DNA of 64,000 bases from Rhynchobatus australiae (Eukaryota): the NCBI GenBank assembly GCA_034780895.1, contig JAUZTB010000027.1:37969369-38033368 (forward strand), in the 5' to 3' direction. Shown here in pieces: positions 36,865 through 50,320 of this stretch. The notes beneath the pieces are model-generated. The model ran no database searches and had not been told where the DNA came from. It was given only the letters and a program-made list of their open reading frames with translations. Position 1 is the stretch's first letter, and every line of letters begins with the position of its first letter. The position numbers were made by a program, and so were the translations under genes.

Positions 36865-38600
36865 TGGACATTCTTTTGAGGCAGTTCCTCAGGATTGAGG
36901 ATGATTTGATTCCACTCCAGTTCAGTGGATCACAGACCAGAAATTCCCACCTGTCAGTGAGGATGCTACAATTCCTCCAAGGAATCTGAGAGACCGTTCT
37001 TGTATTGCTCCCTCGGCCCACATGATGCTCGGTATAGTGTTGCTGTCAGGAATCTGGTATTGGGCAAATGAGCAACGCGGTCTGCCTGTCGGAGATGACT
37101 GCATACAATTTGGGCCTCAAAGCTGGGATGTTGGCGTGGGAGAGGTCCCTGGCTGCTTTTCACTTATTCTGCCAGTGGACAAGAATAATATTATGCAGAC
37201 AGCTTGGTCGTATTTCTCCAGTTCTTTGAGGTGCTTGTTGTAGGTATTCCATACTTCAGAAGTGTCACCATGTTTTGCAGATAAGTGTAAGGCACATTAT
37301 CTGGCGTGCTTCAGGAAAACAAATCAATCATAACTTGACGCTTAGCCACCAAATGTGCACATATATGAGTGTCTTCTGTCAACTTCAGCTCATTAATTGA
37401 AGCTGGAGTAACCTTAGTTCTGGAGATAACCTACGCGAATAGTTTCCCACTGGTCTGTTCCACTCCCCCATTTCATTCTGCCCATTGAAGGTGGTGCAGC
37501 ACTGCGGCAAAAATTATTGAGTAAAGCACTGGGGCAATGATGTAGCCTTGAATGAAACCTGCAGATTAAAAATCACAGCTTACACACCATGTTGCAGGCA
37601 AAGAATAAAGATGAATTTCTGCTGTCAGTCAAATTTGAGAAGGATGCTCTGCAATCCTTCTCAACTGATGGAATCAAGGCTTTCATGAAGTCAGAAAAGG
37701 TTACGTGAAGTCAATGGTCTACTGGGCAACAGTGATTCCCATCCTCCGGTACACCTCTGAGACAGAAAATACCCACAGCAAGTACTTCAAAGCACTAGAG
37801 ATTTACCAACAGTGCTGTCTCCTCAATATCCTCCCAATCCACTATAGTTGAAACTATGACATACATTTTTGTTAGAGTTAATGAGGTGGGAAAATAGTGT
37901 CCATTGCATCTCTAGGTGGACAGAATCCACACTGCAATTTGGGCAGGAGCTCTTTGATTATAGGGAGGATATGGCTGACGAGGAATCTGGTAACAGCTCT
38001 CCCTCTGGATGATATCAGGAAGATTCCCCTGTAGTTACCACAATTGGATTTGTCTCTTTTCTTGAAGTTGGTCACAATTATTGTACCTCTGATGTTCACT
38101 TCCTTTTCCCAGATGTGTTGTAAAGTTACAAATGTGTGACCAAAGTTCCTCTGAACCAGGTTGCACAATTTCAGCAAGGCTATTGTCTGCTCCCAAGGTT
38201 TATTTTTGAGTAGGCGTATGACTGTCAGGTTTGGCAGTGAAGGTAGGCTGGATATTTTGCTGTAGAATGGATTCAATGATGCTCAAGGTTGATGAATTCT
38301 TTCAAGTGTCCTTTCCAACAGGCATTGACTGACAACATGTCTTTGAAAAGTTCATCTTGTTTTGACTCTCAGCAGTGGCAAGCCTTCAGATGCTGGGGTC
38401 ACAGACAGAACAACAGCAAAGAAGAATCTTCACACATCAGAGTTATTGATGAACTGCTAGACTTCCTGCTCCCTCTCCTGTTCTGTAGTGGGTCTTCACC
38501 CTCTGGGCAGCTGAAGAGCAGCTTCTTTACCTCTGAAGTATGATGGAGTTTCCGTTCCATGGAAGTTAATTGAATCCTGAATTTCTGGTCATTCTCATCC
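36865..38600 (-). mobile_element. Degraded RTE (BovB-like clade) LINE
   Basis: ORF 37878..38276 FKKRDKSNCGNYRGIFLIS...LLPKLQCGF..RDAMDTIF (RTE RT N-terminus). SEVWNTYNKHLKELEKY near 37200-37260. RTE-type tail ggagtggaatcaaatcatcctcaatcctgaggaactgcc. Confidence 0.8.
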
Positions 38601-39899
38601 AAGCAGTCCAGGAGATTTCTAGAAAGAGAAGAGTTGAGTCTCTTCACAGGTGCTAATTATATTGGAATTCAGGGGGTTTGCACCCAAAAACTGCTGCTTT
38701 CCATGAACTTAAAACCACAGGCCAAGTTTGCAAATAGGCCTCTTCAAAAAGACACATGCTGATCCATTTACACGTTGTTAGTTGTGACTATGAAACGTCC
38801 ACTTCTGGACTCAAAGGTTTGGTAGAATGAAGCAATGGCCCTGCTAAAAACTTGTGCATTTAAACATTACAGCTACAACATAAATCAATTGTTATCATTC
38901 ATAGTTATAGTGTAAGATAATTATTAGACCTGAATAACATTTAATTGTGTTTCCTTAGTCATGGTGTTTATCTTCTATACTCTTTCTGTGTAACAGACTC
39001 AAAGATTTGGAATGCCTCAGATTCAATCTCTACTTTTTCCGAGTTTGTTGATCTCAGCTGACGTGATAACGGAATCAATGCAGTTCATTTAAAAATCAGC
39101 AACAGTAAAAGGAAAATAGGAACCTTTGTTCTTATCAAAATCCAATGATCCACACTGCAATGCTTATGTGTGTGAATATTTTCTGTAGACGGAATAAAAA
39201 TCATCCATAACATTCACTGTCTGGGGCTTATGTAAATTTGCGAACACTCTGGAGCCTTACTCTATCGAACAAATCAGGTGTGGATAGAGATGTGGGAAAA
39301 GGTGTTCACTTCATTCTAGGCAGAAATATGCATCTGGTAGTCAAACTAACAAAATCATAACCAAGCTGTCTCACATTTGAAATGCACTAGTCCATTTCCC
39401 TGCACTTACTGATATTCCATGATTCTCAGGCAGATCCATTTACTACGTATCAAAGAACGGAGAAACCTGCTTTCCAAAAAAACATATTTCAATTTAATTT
39501 ACATTTTTAGGTTAAATCTTTGGATTCAATGTCAGTGTTCAAGAATGGAGCACACTGGTGTAAATGTTAAGATGTCCATAGCCATTGAAATGTGAACTGG
39601 GAGACAAGTGAAATATATATGACCATTGGAAATTTGCAGGAGAGGTTTGCAATTATGCATATAGAGATTGTAAAGTGAATTACTATGAAACTAACCATTG
39701 CATTTCCAAGTTAGTTATTTGAAACAAATTCTTTTACCTGTAAATAAAGAATTTTGGTTTGCAGGACATGATGAGGTGAGGGAAATAAAGAGGAACTCTC
39801 TGGGTTAAAATATCCATTTTTTTTGATACTTGCTTTGAGGCTGGCTTGAGTGTAACTTGAAGTGGTGGTGGGGAAAACAGGAAAATTATATCCACCCTA

Positions 39900-40117
39900 T
39901 TTAAACAAGAGATGAAGTGAAACTTTTTCCCTCACATGACAAGTCTTTGGAACTCCCTTCCTTTCAAGATTTTTGAAGCAGAGGTAGTTAGATATTTGAT
40001 AAGCAAAGGGGTGAAAAGTTACCACAGTAGACCGGAATGCAGAGTGGAGATTACAAGCAGATCAGCCATGATTTTATTAAATAACACAGCAGAGCCTACT
40101 CCTGTTCCTGCTTCATA
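39900..40117 (+). mobile_element. CR1 LINE 3' fragment
   Basis: SLWNSLP...EVVRYLISKGVKSY (ORF 39936..40136) followed by the tail agatcagccatgat...cctactcctgttcct. Confidence 0.75.
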
Positions 40118-40474
40118 TGTGGACACCACAAGTTAGTCAGTCTGCAAGAGATCAATCCTCTTCACCCAATATAGCTCATTCATTAGTAATATGCTCAGTT
40201 CAAAAATACTTGTACAAATATTTTCAGCGACTGGAGGAAAAAAAAGCAAAACGAGAACTAAATCAACATTTGGTCCCACTGCCTTTTGGATTAACAGCTC
40301 CAGATAGATCTAACTTCGATTTCCAAATATTAGTAGCATGCAGGATAGTGCAAATGCATTAAATCTATAGATATATGTACTGCAATGAAGAAATGTATAA
40401 TAAGATCACTTAAATTTACTACATCTAAAACATGGCTGTACAACCTGGAAGTAGGCAAAATAAAGTATGATAAG

Positions 40475-40665
40475 AAACAAAAAACACTGCAGATGCTGGA
40501 ATCTGGAGCAACAATTTGCTGGAGGAACTCAGCGAGTCGAACAGCATCTATGGGTGGAAAGGAATTGTCTATGTTGAACGTTGACAATTCTTTCCCCGTT
40601 TCCCCCCCCCCCCGACAGATGCTGCTCAACCTGCTGAGTTCCTCCAGCAGATTGTTTGTGCTCCA
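40475..40665. mobile_element. Penelope-derived fold-back element
   Basis: tggagcaacaatttgctggaggaactcagcgagtcgaacagcatct versus agatgctgctcaacctgctgagttcctccagcagattgtttgtgctcca form an inverted pair. Confidence 0.8.
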
Positions 40666-43287
40666 TGATGTGAAACGAGTCCAGTGCCAGAGAGGAGGAA
40701 GCTAATATTATATGATTTTCAGGTAAAAGTGAGTTGAGGGATGCAGATGAAGAACAAGTGTACAGAGCACTTATGGATCATGTCAATGATGTTAAGATAA
40801 TTATTGAGGAAAAACAAAAGTAGTGAGAGACAGTGCTATCAAAAATCCAAGACCATGAAATCCAAGCAGAACCACTTGAGAGTGTTTTTGATGTCATTAG
40901 GAAGTCACCTTTATGATGAAATACTAAAAGGTTATGCAATTTTAACTTCAGAAGTTTTAGAAACCTCCTGCATCAAATTATAAAGGTGTTCATTGTCTTT
41001 CTTCTTGATTCCCAGACCAACAACACTGTATATAAATAATATATTAACATGTTATATATTAAAAAAATAGCTAACATCGGTTCTAAAAATCTTCTGCTTC
41101 TTGGATTGCACAAATTAAGCTGTCATCAAAGTGTCCCTGAAACGCTGTGCCAGCTGACATTGAAGGACCTAAAAAACCAACCATGTTTGCTAATCCCCTC
41201 AAATTATCAGCAACTTCAGGTTTTAATTTTGTAACAATGCAGATGTCTAAAGTGTAGCTCCTATGAAGTATGCATCTGTACTGCATTTCATAAAGCAGAA
41301 ATGCAAGAAAGGAGAAATTGGTGTCTTGCAATCCTTACAAACCAGGTTCATGTAGAAATTGAAATGGAGCAAACGCTTTCTTCAATACAACAAAGTTTTT
41401 CCAACTTTCATTTATAACCTTTTTCCATTAAATCGAAGTCCTCAGGACTGGCAATATCATTGATGGATGGAATTAGAGTACGACTTAGAAACATACCCAA
41501 ATAATTAGAAGAACAATTACTGTCACTGTGTAAACTTTGAAAGATAAAATGCTAACATCTGAAATGTCCAGATGTTAGCCTTTTACCTAAATTCTAAGCA
41601 TGAGCTGGGTATTCATTGCAATTTCTGTTCTTATTTCAGACTTCATGCATCTACAGACTTTTTAAAAAACCTAACCCATTATTAGCCTCAGAATACACTA
41701 TCAAAATGTCAGTCAGGAGGAACCTCCAGAATTGTGACTGTGTTCAAGTGCTGTCCTATTTTCACTCTAAAATTAAAAGGGAAAGGTGCAAGACCCACTT
41801 ACAAGAGAAAATGTTAACTCTTCATATCTGAAAAGATATTTAGATATAAATCCTCAATGAGGACCATTACAAAAGGATCCCTACTCATATTGTTAACTTT
41901 TCACTTGCTTCTTTAAATGTGAATTGGTTGTATATTTCTAGGTGATCAAAAATTATTAAATCATGTAATAAAAAAAACCAAGTTCATCGTGCTGTTAAAC
42001 AATAATAATACCAGTACTTATGAATGGAATTTGCTTTGGTTTTATTAACTCTTAATGAGGCAATTTAAAATTCTTATCGTCCAAATCCTGCTAAAGGTTT
42101 ATCCTTCCTCATCTCTGTAATTCTTACCAGTTCTACAACAGTCAAATTTCTACATTCTTCCAATTCTAGTCTTTTGCAGATCTTCAGTTTTTTTCCCCCA
42201 CCACTGGCAGCTGTGTAATCCATTAACAAGCACTGTAGTCATTGTTAAGCTTATGTACCAAGAGCATTTTTTTCCAGGATGAAATAATGCAGGAACACAG
42301 GGAGCTGAGAGAGGAGGTCTGACCATCCCTTGTACTCCACCACATATTGGTGGCTGAGATGAATTGCAGACAGTTTCAAGCTGATGTAAAAGATATGAAT
42401 CAACTCTGGATTGGATCTGGATCCACAAAGAGGCAGGCTCAGAGAGAAAGTGATCTTTTTCAGTCCCAGTGCTGAAGACAAATCTGGCATTGTCCAAGGC
42501 TCTGGTAAGCAGTGATTCACAAAATGAGGCCTGACACAAGTGAGTCTTGAAAGAAGCCTGGACCAGGTGTCTGATTTGTCTCCATGCTCAAGATAGTTCA
42601 GCTGCATCCCTTTCTCTTGCCAATCTCTCCTCTCTTTATGCCCTCCTTTCTCTCCCTCCCTTTACATTCCTCTCCCCAAGATTTCCATTTTGGAATCTTA
42701 TCTCCAAAATTCCTTTCCTGCATCCTTTTCATTGTTTCCCTTCTCTATTGTGTAGTTAGTCTGCTTCGTGACTCACCACAGCCTGTGCTCAGACATGGGA
42801 GACCAAATAAGCATCAAATGCAGATTTGCTGTAGGACCATCAGATGGCAATTTCCCCCTGCCCACTCATCTTTTTCTATCGGAAGTCCTCTTCACAACCC
42901 TCAAGTTATCCCCAGACGTTACAGAAACACAGATAATTACAGCACAGGAGGTCATTCATTCTGTGACAGCCAAAAGGAAGTTGACCAGTCCAATCCCATT
43001 ATACAGTCTTGTCAGTTATGGCAACTCAAGTGCACATTTAAGTAAAACAAAAGTGCAACTGTAATTTTCTCCTGATGAAGTGCACATATCTTTCAAAGTT
43101 CAAATGCTCACAAGTTTTTGAGTCTAGGGGGAGGAAATTCTTTGCTAGATGTCATAAAGTACCATCTATTGACCTTCTAGTCTGTAACTCAGGAATGCTC
43201 AACCATTCTAAGACAACCATTGCAGTATAGAAATCTATCCAGGCATTTCAATTTCTTAAGAGGTTATATTGTATTAGAAACAAATTA

Positions 43288-43685
43288 CAACAAAACTCCA
43301 ATAACCTGGCAACTGATTGGTCAGAAATGCTGATGGTTTAACATCTGCCTCAGTCATTAGTCTGCAACACAAGGGGGCCAGAGTGCAAGTGGAGTGTATG
43401 GCCAGAGCCAGGGGTCTGGAGTGTGGCTGTGGCTGGGGTCCAAACACCAGATCAAAAACATGGGTAGGGTAGCAACCAGAGCCAGGGTCCAGAGTACTTG
43501 TATGTTTCCCCACTCCCTTTAAACTCACTGGGTTCACTGAAAAAATGTATTATCAAGAAACATGTAAAAAATAAAAGTGAAATAAAAATGTGTTTGGATA
43601 TTAAGCATAGTAACATTTAATAGTCTGGATAATCTGCTTTGGACACTACTGAAGTCCCAAGGGGGCTAGATTATCAGACTTCATT
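43288..43685. mobile_element. Possible degraded Tigger-like MITE
   Basis: Left caaaactccaataacctggc and right gctagattatcagact are TIR-like. Internal direct repeat ccagagccaggg occurs twice. Confidence 0.3.
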
Positions 43686-45179
43686 TTAATCAATAAAAAT
43701 AAGTACAGGGCTTAGACATTGGTCATTGTAATTGACCATAAAAGTACACAATTGTAGCCCTCAGTGTATTCCGATCGTACCCACCAGGTACAGGTCCCAA
43801 AATTCCAGCAATAGTGGTTTATTCAGTCTAACCAATCATATATTTCTCAATCTTAAAACTTAAAGAAACTCAGAAAAGTGGATAAAATGACATGTTTGGT
43901 CTTCTATGAAAATTATTTTTGTCAGTTAACTCACACCGGATAACTGTAATGCGAATATTCTGTCACAATTGAAATAGTAACAGATTGCTGTTCTAGCATG
44001 CAGTGGACTTGGCTGTGCTTAAGCAAACATCCTGCTGTAATCGTCCCTGCTCATGCAAGAACTGGAATGTCAATACTCCAAAATATTTACTAAGCACTTG
44101 TGCAGTTTGAACTTACTTAGTTCCCCATAACCTGAGAAAGAACAAGAGACAAATACTGGCAGATTATCTCGTCCTTTGCAGTTCCTCTGCAGGCAAATAA
44201 ACTTGGGAGCTGTGATTCCAACAGCAACAAAGGTAAAATATGAGAGGAAGAACATTCATTAACAACAGAGTGAGAGAGACAATGTTTTGACTTGGATTAA
44301 TATTTAAAAGGAATAGAGGCACACACTGGCAAAATACAGGGCTGAAATATTGAATGCCCAGGAAAAGATTCCACAATAGTTGAGAGGCAAAACTTACTAT
44401 AAGGTCAACAAGTAGAGTTTCTCTTCCTTAGCACAGACTGCTGGATGACTGCCACATTAAACCTGCCACGACTTTTCCAACACATTCTAGATCATTATTT
44501 TAACGGTTGTGCACAATAGTTTAAACACTAAGATCCTGAGTCTTTCCAGCCCCACCATTATCAGACTGCTCACTATGGTAACATGCTTTGTAGGGCGATT
44601 TTAGCACATTTCATTCCTCTCTGATGATATTTGCCCACCTACAACAGTCATAGCAAATAGGGGGAGGACTAGGCATTTGTTTCTTCATTCCTGCTCCATC
44701 ATTCAATAAGATCAGGGTTGATCATTTACTTCAGTGTCACTTTCCTATAATCATATCCCTCAATTCCATTAATACCCCAAAATTCCCCTTTACCACTCAC
44801 CTTTCCTGAATTAAAATTGAGTGAGAACTCCAAATCAGAATTTTGTGCAAACAAAATATCCTAATGAGGAAAAAACAAAAATAAAAGAAACAATGTGTTT
44901 ACTCCCAGATTTCAACTTGCTTTGAATTTCTTGATTTCCCTCTCTACTTCACTTCATTGTGAATCAATAGCATCTTTATCTGCTGAAATCCTTACAAAGC
45001 AAGCCTTTGGCCTTTACTTGCTCTTCAGTAACACTTCCATTATCCATGCCTTATTCTAAAGATTTAACAACAATGAGGCGCACAGCTGGTTATGAAAAAT
45101 AGGGTATGGATTCTGGAACTGGTTTGGCACAAGACATTGTTAATTGTCCTCAATATTCGGTATTCCTAAATAAAATCTG

Positions 45180-45320
45180 ATGTCCTGATGAGGGGTCATT
45201 GACTTGAAGCATTCAGTGTTTCTCCTTCTACAGTTGCTCTCAGAACTGCTCAGCATTACAGAAAAAATAGCAGTTTCTGTCTCTAAATTCAAATTTCCAG
45301 TATCTGCTTTTTTCTTGATT
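45180..45320 (+). mobile_element. Penelope-like terminal fragment (degenerate hammerhead core)
   Basis: cctgatgaggggtcattgacttgaagcattc...aactgctcagcatt...atttccagtatctgc. Confidence 0.55.
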
Positions 45321-46349
45321 TTCAATCATTATTCCTGGATTTGACAAACTCCAAAAATTGTAGATCTTGAGTGAGAGATTTAATCACAGATCTTGAATAT
45401 TCTCAGTCAATGCTTCATTGGGTTACTGGCCTGTTCAATTCAACTGTTTCTGAAGTGACAGTTGCATCAGAATATCACTGTTTTCACTTTACATTCTTTA
45501 TTTCTTCCCTACCAACAGATCTCTTGGGGTAAGCTGGTGGTATGAAAAATCACTGGAACAGACACACCACCATGCCACAAAGGCAGAGTAGAGATCAAGT
45601 CCTAAGAAATAATTTCTGGCCTCCTAAAGAATCAGTCAAAATGTATTCACCATCTATAAATGGGAAACCACAGTTGCAAAGGAACTTGCTTGGCTGAGTA
45701 CAGCTGCAACAATCAAGAAGTAACATAATTAATTCACTTGATTAATGTCCCATCACTTGATTGAATACACACCCTTCCTTCATCAGACCATCACAGTTAT
45801 AATACACAACACTGGATGCACCACAGAAAGTCAGTAATATTACTTTGACAACATTTAGCTGGTAGAAATCACAGACCAGGAAGAATGACAAGTGCAGCAA
45901 TATTATGTCACTGTCACTTCCAACTTCACGTCCAAGTCATAACCAGAATGATTTATACATGAATTTCCACTCAGTCTGTGCTAGGTCAACATCTAAAGAA
46001 TCCTAATTGAATAGTATCAGAAGGACTACTGTCCTTGCTTCAAGAGTGCTCCCGAACACCATCCAAGCTAAGCAATAAATGCCTACAATAACCAGATTTT
46101 CCCTTGGGATAACTTTCCTGTATTCTCTGATATATTTTTTTTAAACAAAATCAATTATGGAATGATATTGTTGTAGGGAAGGATGGTAGACACTGCCATC
46201 ACCAAGTGCTCTCAACAAAGTGGGACTGAGCTTCCTTCTTGAACCAATACAGTGTTAATGGTGAAAGTATATGCACCACACTGCTCTGCAGGGACTTCGA
46301 AGATTCAGATCCAACCACAGACTGAACTTAAACTTACACCTGACAACAA

Positions 46350-46670
46350 TACAGAAGGGGGGCACCTGGCCAATTGGGTCCATGCCAACTCCTGGGGGAC
46401 AATCCCTGTCCTATTTCCCTGTATTCCTGCAAATTATTCTCTCATGCACATCAACTCCCCTTTGATTCTTTTTGCCATTAACTTATGCTAAAAGATAATT
46501 TACCAATTAACCTACCAGCATGTCTCTGGGCTGTGGAAGGAAACCAGAACAGCTGGAAGAAACTCACACAGTCTCAGAGAGAACATGCAAACTCCACACA
46601 AATTGCACCCAAGGCCAGGAACAAACCTGGATCCCTAGAGTTACGAGGTAGAAGTACTAATTGCTGTGCC
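46350..46670 (-). mobile_element. V-SINE with CR1-type tail
   Basis: Reverse-complement V-domain: tgtggaaggaaaccagaacagctggaagaaactcacacagtctcagagagaacatgcaaactccacac. Confidence 0.8.
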
Positions 46671-46689
46671 TGAATGTAGGAATGGCAAT

Positions 46690-47220
46690 ATAAATATGTA
46701 GTTCTTAAGTCCCCAAGTGTCTGCTGCTATGTTCCTTCTTGGCAGCAGAGGTCATGGGTTTGGCAGGTGCTGTGGAAGCAGTCTTGTGTTTGTAGATAGT
46801 ACACACTTGTGTGTGCTGGTGTTTGGAATGTGAATGTGATATCAATTAAGCAGAGTTAAATTGTGGCTGAAGTCAAACCTCTTGGACATTGTTGGAGTTG
46901 TGCTTATTTAGGAAAGTTGACATCATTCAATTACACTTCTGATTTGTGTCTTGTAGATAGTAGAAAGGTATTTTGGAGTTATGAGGTGAATCATTTGCTA
47001 CAGATATCCAGCCTCTGACCTGCTCTTGTAGCCATGGTATCAGTGTGGGTGGTCCAGTTAAGTTTCTGCTCAATGGCAAAACTCAGGATATTGATGGTGG
47101 GGTCCTGGCAAAAGTACTACTGTTGAAAGTTAAGGTTAGTGTTTGGACTTTCTCTTGTTGCTGTCTGGCACCTTCTGTGGCATGAATATATTTTGCTATT
47201 TATTAACCCATCCCTAAACA
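46690..47220 (-). mobile_element. Fragment of the CR1/L2-group LINE seen at 61860-63300
   Basis: ggcagcagaggtcatgggtttggcaggtgctg...ggtccagttaagtttctgctcaatgg...caggatattgatggtgggg is the reverse complement of the 62600-63030 type sequence. Confidence 0.65.
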
Positions 47221-47610
47221 TTTGCTCATGATTTCATTAGCAAGAGTAGATTAGATCAGAANNNNNNNNNNNNNNNNNNNNNNNNNNNNNNNNNNNNNNN
47301 NNNNNNNNNNNNNNNNNNNNNNNNNNNNNNNNNNNNNNNNNNNNNNNNNNNNNNNNNNNNNACTGTGCACAGGTTGGAGGTTGCACAGAGACCCATAAAC
47401 AGCAAACGATTCAAAGTGAAAGTTTTACATTTGGGTAGAGGGAAGACTTGGCTGATAGAGTAAAACGAGGTGATTCCATATGCAAACTGCAATGCAGCAC
47501 TTCCAGTTATAAATAAAAGCCAAGAGAGAAATATAATGGGGTGGATGGGTCTCAAGTGCTTGATGCTACACTCTGAGTGAACATTACCCCAAATGAATTT
47601 GTAAAGAGGT

Positions 47611-47750
47611 ATTGGTATTGGTTTATTATTGTCACTTGTACCAACGTACAGTGAAAAGCTTGTCTTGCATACCGTTCCTACAGATCAATCCATTACACAG
47701 TGCATCAAGGTAGTACAGAGTAAAAACAATGACAGAATACAGAGTAAAGT
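47611..47750 (-). mobile_element. Rex1/Babar-like LINE 3' end
   Basis: attggtattggtttattattgtcacttgtaccaacgtacagtgaaaagct..., i.e. a minus-strand tail tttcactgt...gtgacaataataaaccaataccaat with a short terminal repeat. Confidence 0.6.
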
Positions 47751-47789
47751 AACAAGGAAGAGCCTTTCCCTGGAATGGAAAATGTGTAT

Positions 47790-48290
47790 ATTCCTGATGC
47801 AGGGTCTCAACATGAAACATCAACAATTCCTTTACCCCCACAGTTGCTGCCTGACCCACTGAGTTCCTCCTGCGGTTTGTTTTTTGCTCCATGTTCCAGC
47901 ATCTACAGTCCCTTGTGTCAAGATGTGTATTCTGTTGCAAGAAACAATCTGCTGGAGAAACTCAGTGGGTCGTGCAGCATCTGCGAGGGGAAAGGAAATG
48001 TCAAAATTTTGGGTTGAAAACCTTTATCAAGACTGAGATTGGAGAGGGGAGACTGCCAGTATAAATAGAAGAAGGGGAGCGGTGGGACAGGAATCCGAGA
48101 TGATTAGTAGACTGAGGAGGGGTGAAAGATGATGGGCAGGTCCTGCCAGGTAGGGGAGGAGAGCAGGGGTGGAGTTGGGAGGCAGGTGGAGGATGGACGG
48201 AAGCTGACAAAGGGAGAAAAACGGGGAGGCAGATGGAGCGAGGTGGAGGAAGGAAGGGTGAAGGTTGGAGACAGCAGCTGGAGGGGGAGA
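47790..48290. mobile_element. Penelope-like element end with inverted terminal repeat and purine-rich 3' region
   Basis: ctgatgcagggtctcaacatgaaac...ctgagttcctcc faces ctggagaaactcagtgggtcgtgcagcatct...gggttgaaaacctttatcaagactg, followed by a G/A-rich tract. Confidence 0.75.
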
Positions 48291-50009
48291 AGCAGGAACA
48301 CCAGCTATTTTGTTCCTCTTTTGCTTGGATGAAGGATTTGTTTGGGTTTGCATTTCCTAAGTTTTATTATGGCTTGAACGTTGGGATATTAAATAGATCA
48401 AATATCATTTTCCAATTCCTCACCAAACCTCACTCCATCAATAGTCGACATTGAGGCATTCATGTTGAAATGGGCAACAGGTATTCTTGCTGTGGTAATA
48501 AATACCTAAAGGGTTCACTGGAGTATTTTATATGAAAAGAGAATTGATAAAATTTGAAGCAATCAGCGTGGAATTGAAGTGATGTTCCTTGCAGGAAGTC
48601 TGCCGTTTTAACAGTTGGCTTTGTTGTTGCGAAGAATACCCTTCAGAATCATTGCTGAATGTGAAACTGCCATTCAAGGCAATCATCTGAATTGGACATA
48701 GTCATGAAACACTGGTAAAGATAAATTTTATAGAAAGATGAGTCCCTTGAACTCAAATTTATTCTTAGTATTTTGGTATTTCTTAAGTTAATATGGTAAC
48801 TGCTAGAGTTCAGAATCTTGTAAACACCACCAGTCAGACAGAGGAATTTCTGTACTCAGATTGCTTTGTCTTACAAAAATAAATAAATGGGCAGTCTATC
48901 TGATTAGTTAAAGCCTGTCTCTGCTGTTTAAACTATAAAACCTTGCTTGTGTATTCAATCCAGAAAACCCCAAAAATTCACATAAAAGTATTGTTATTTC
49001 AATATTTTACAATCCATTCCAAGTTAATCATATTTTCAAAGTGATTTTGCATGCAAGAATGTTTTTTTTCCAGATTTTGGTGGGGGAGGGGGTAGTTAGA
49101 AAGATGGTTTTGTCTTTCCATTTTAAAAAAGCTTTATTATCACATGGACAATTAAACCAACACAGATGAAGCTTTTTGTTCTGATTGGAAATAAAACTAT
49201 TTTTCAGTGCATATTAGTTTTATTTTATTTTTCTGCTGTACAGTTTCTTCATGACAATTAGAATTGAGACCAGCCTTTGTCACAGTCCCAATCCACGATG
49301 CAGCAAGTTAGTAGAGAAATTGTAAGCAAACTGTCAGTGCCCTCCAACAGTATGTCTATTTAACATCAAGTGATCCTACCACATTAATCTGCGACATTAA
49401 ATTTTATGAACAGGCAAGTCCTCACCAAACACAAACATTGAACTCAGGGTCATTGATCTGAAAAGCCAATTCCTTCACTCTATCCACAAATGTTGCATGA
49501 CCTTCTGAGAAACCCCAGCATTTTTTTTGTTCTTAAATTAAAGTGCATATGTTGATTTTTGAAATGTGTATTTCCAGAAGGTAAATGCATGATCTGACAA
49601 ATGGAATTCCTCCCTCAGTTTAACATAAGATCTTCCTTTCCTGTATGTGTTTGAACCACTATGTTTAAATGTTCCAGTAAACAGCATAATAATGTTCTAA
49701 GTTTTTGATTTTGGTACTTGTTTATTGACAAAAGATGAAAATGCAACTGAAATTGTGTTGATTGAGTTAAAATTCACATTTACTCAAATTCATTTTCATA
49801 ATCACAAACAAAATCTCCCATGAATCAGCACAATTGGAAAGCATAATAGAATATACATTTTCCCATTTAAAAATATTTATTGATTTAGTTAAAAGTGGTA
49901 ACCTGCTGCAGATTTATTCATACAGCTGAAAACGTGTTTATTAATAAATACTTTTTGGTTAATGATGCTCACTGTTGAGTAACTGGACTCAAATTTATCA
50001 ACATCTCAA

Positions 50010-50320
50010 GTGGTACAGTTGAGCAGCTAGTAGAGCTGCCATCTCATAGCTCCAGTAACCAGAGTTCAATCCTGACTTCTGGTGCTGTGTGTGTGGAGTT
50101 TGAATGCTATCCCTGTGACTGAGTAGGTTTCCTCTGGACGCTCCAGCTTCTCCCACAAAGATGTGCAAGTTTGTAGGTAAATTACCCCTGGTGTGTGAGT
50201 GGTAGAATCTGGGGAATAAAACTGGTTACAATAGGATTGGTGTAAATGGGTGTTTGATGGTCAGTGTGGACTCAGAAACAGGTGTTTTGGCCTACCATGG
50301 TATATGACTATTACTCAATC
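50010..50320 (+). mobile_element. Older V-SINE (HE1-like) with CR1 tail
   Basis: gagttcaatcctgacttctggtgctgtgtgtgtggagtttg...ggtttcctctggacgctccagcttctcccaca...aaatgggtgtttgatggtcagtgtggactc. Confidence 0.8.

Noticed and set aside
42128-42607. Overlapping 118-129 aa ORFs and a donor CTG|gtaaga
   Set aside because: No recognisable homology; the open frame ends in phase 0, incompatible with the phase-1 exon 4.
48027-48454. Pro/Ser-rich and Gly/Arg-rich ORFs on both strands
   Set aside because: They come from the low-complexity purine-rich tract of a Penelope-like element.
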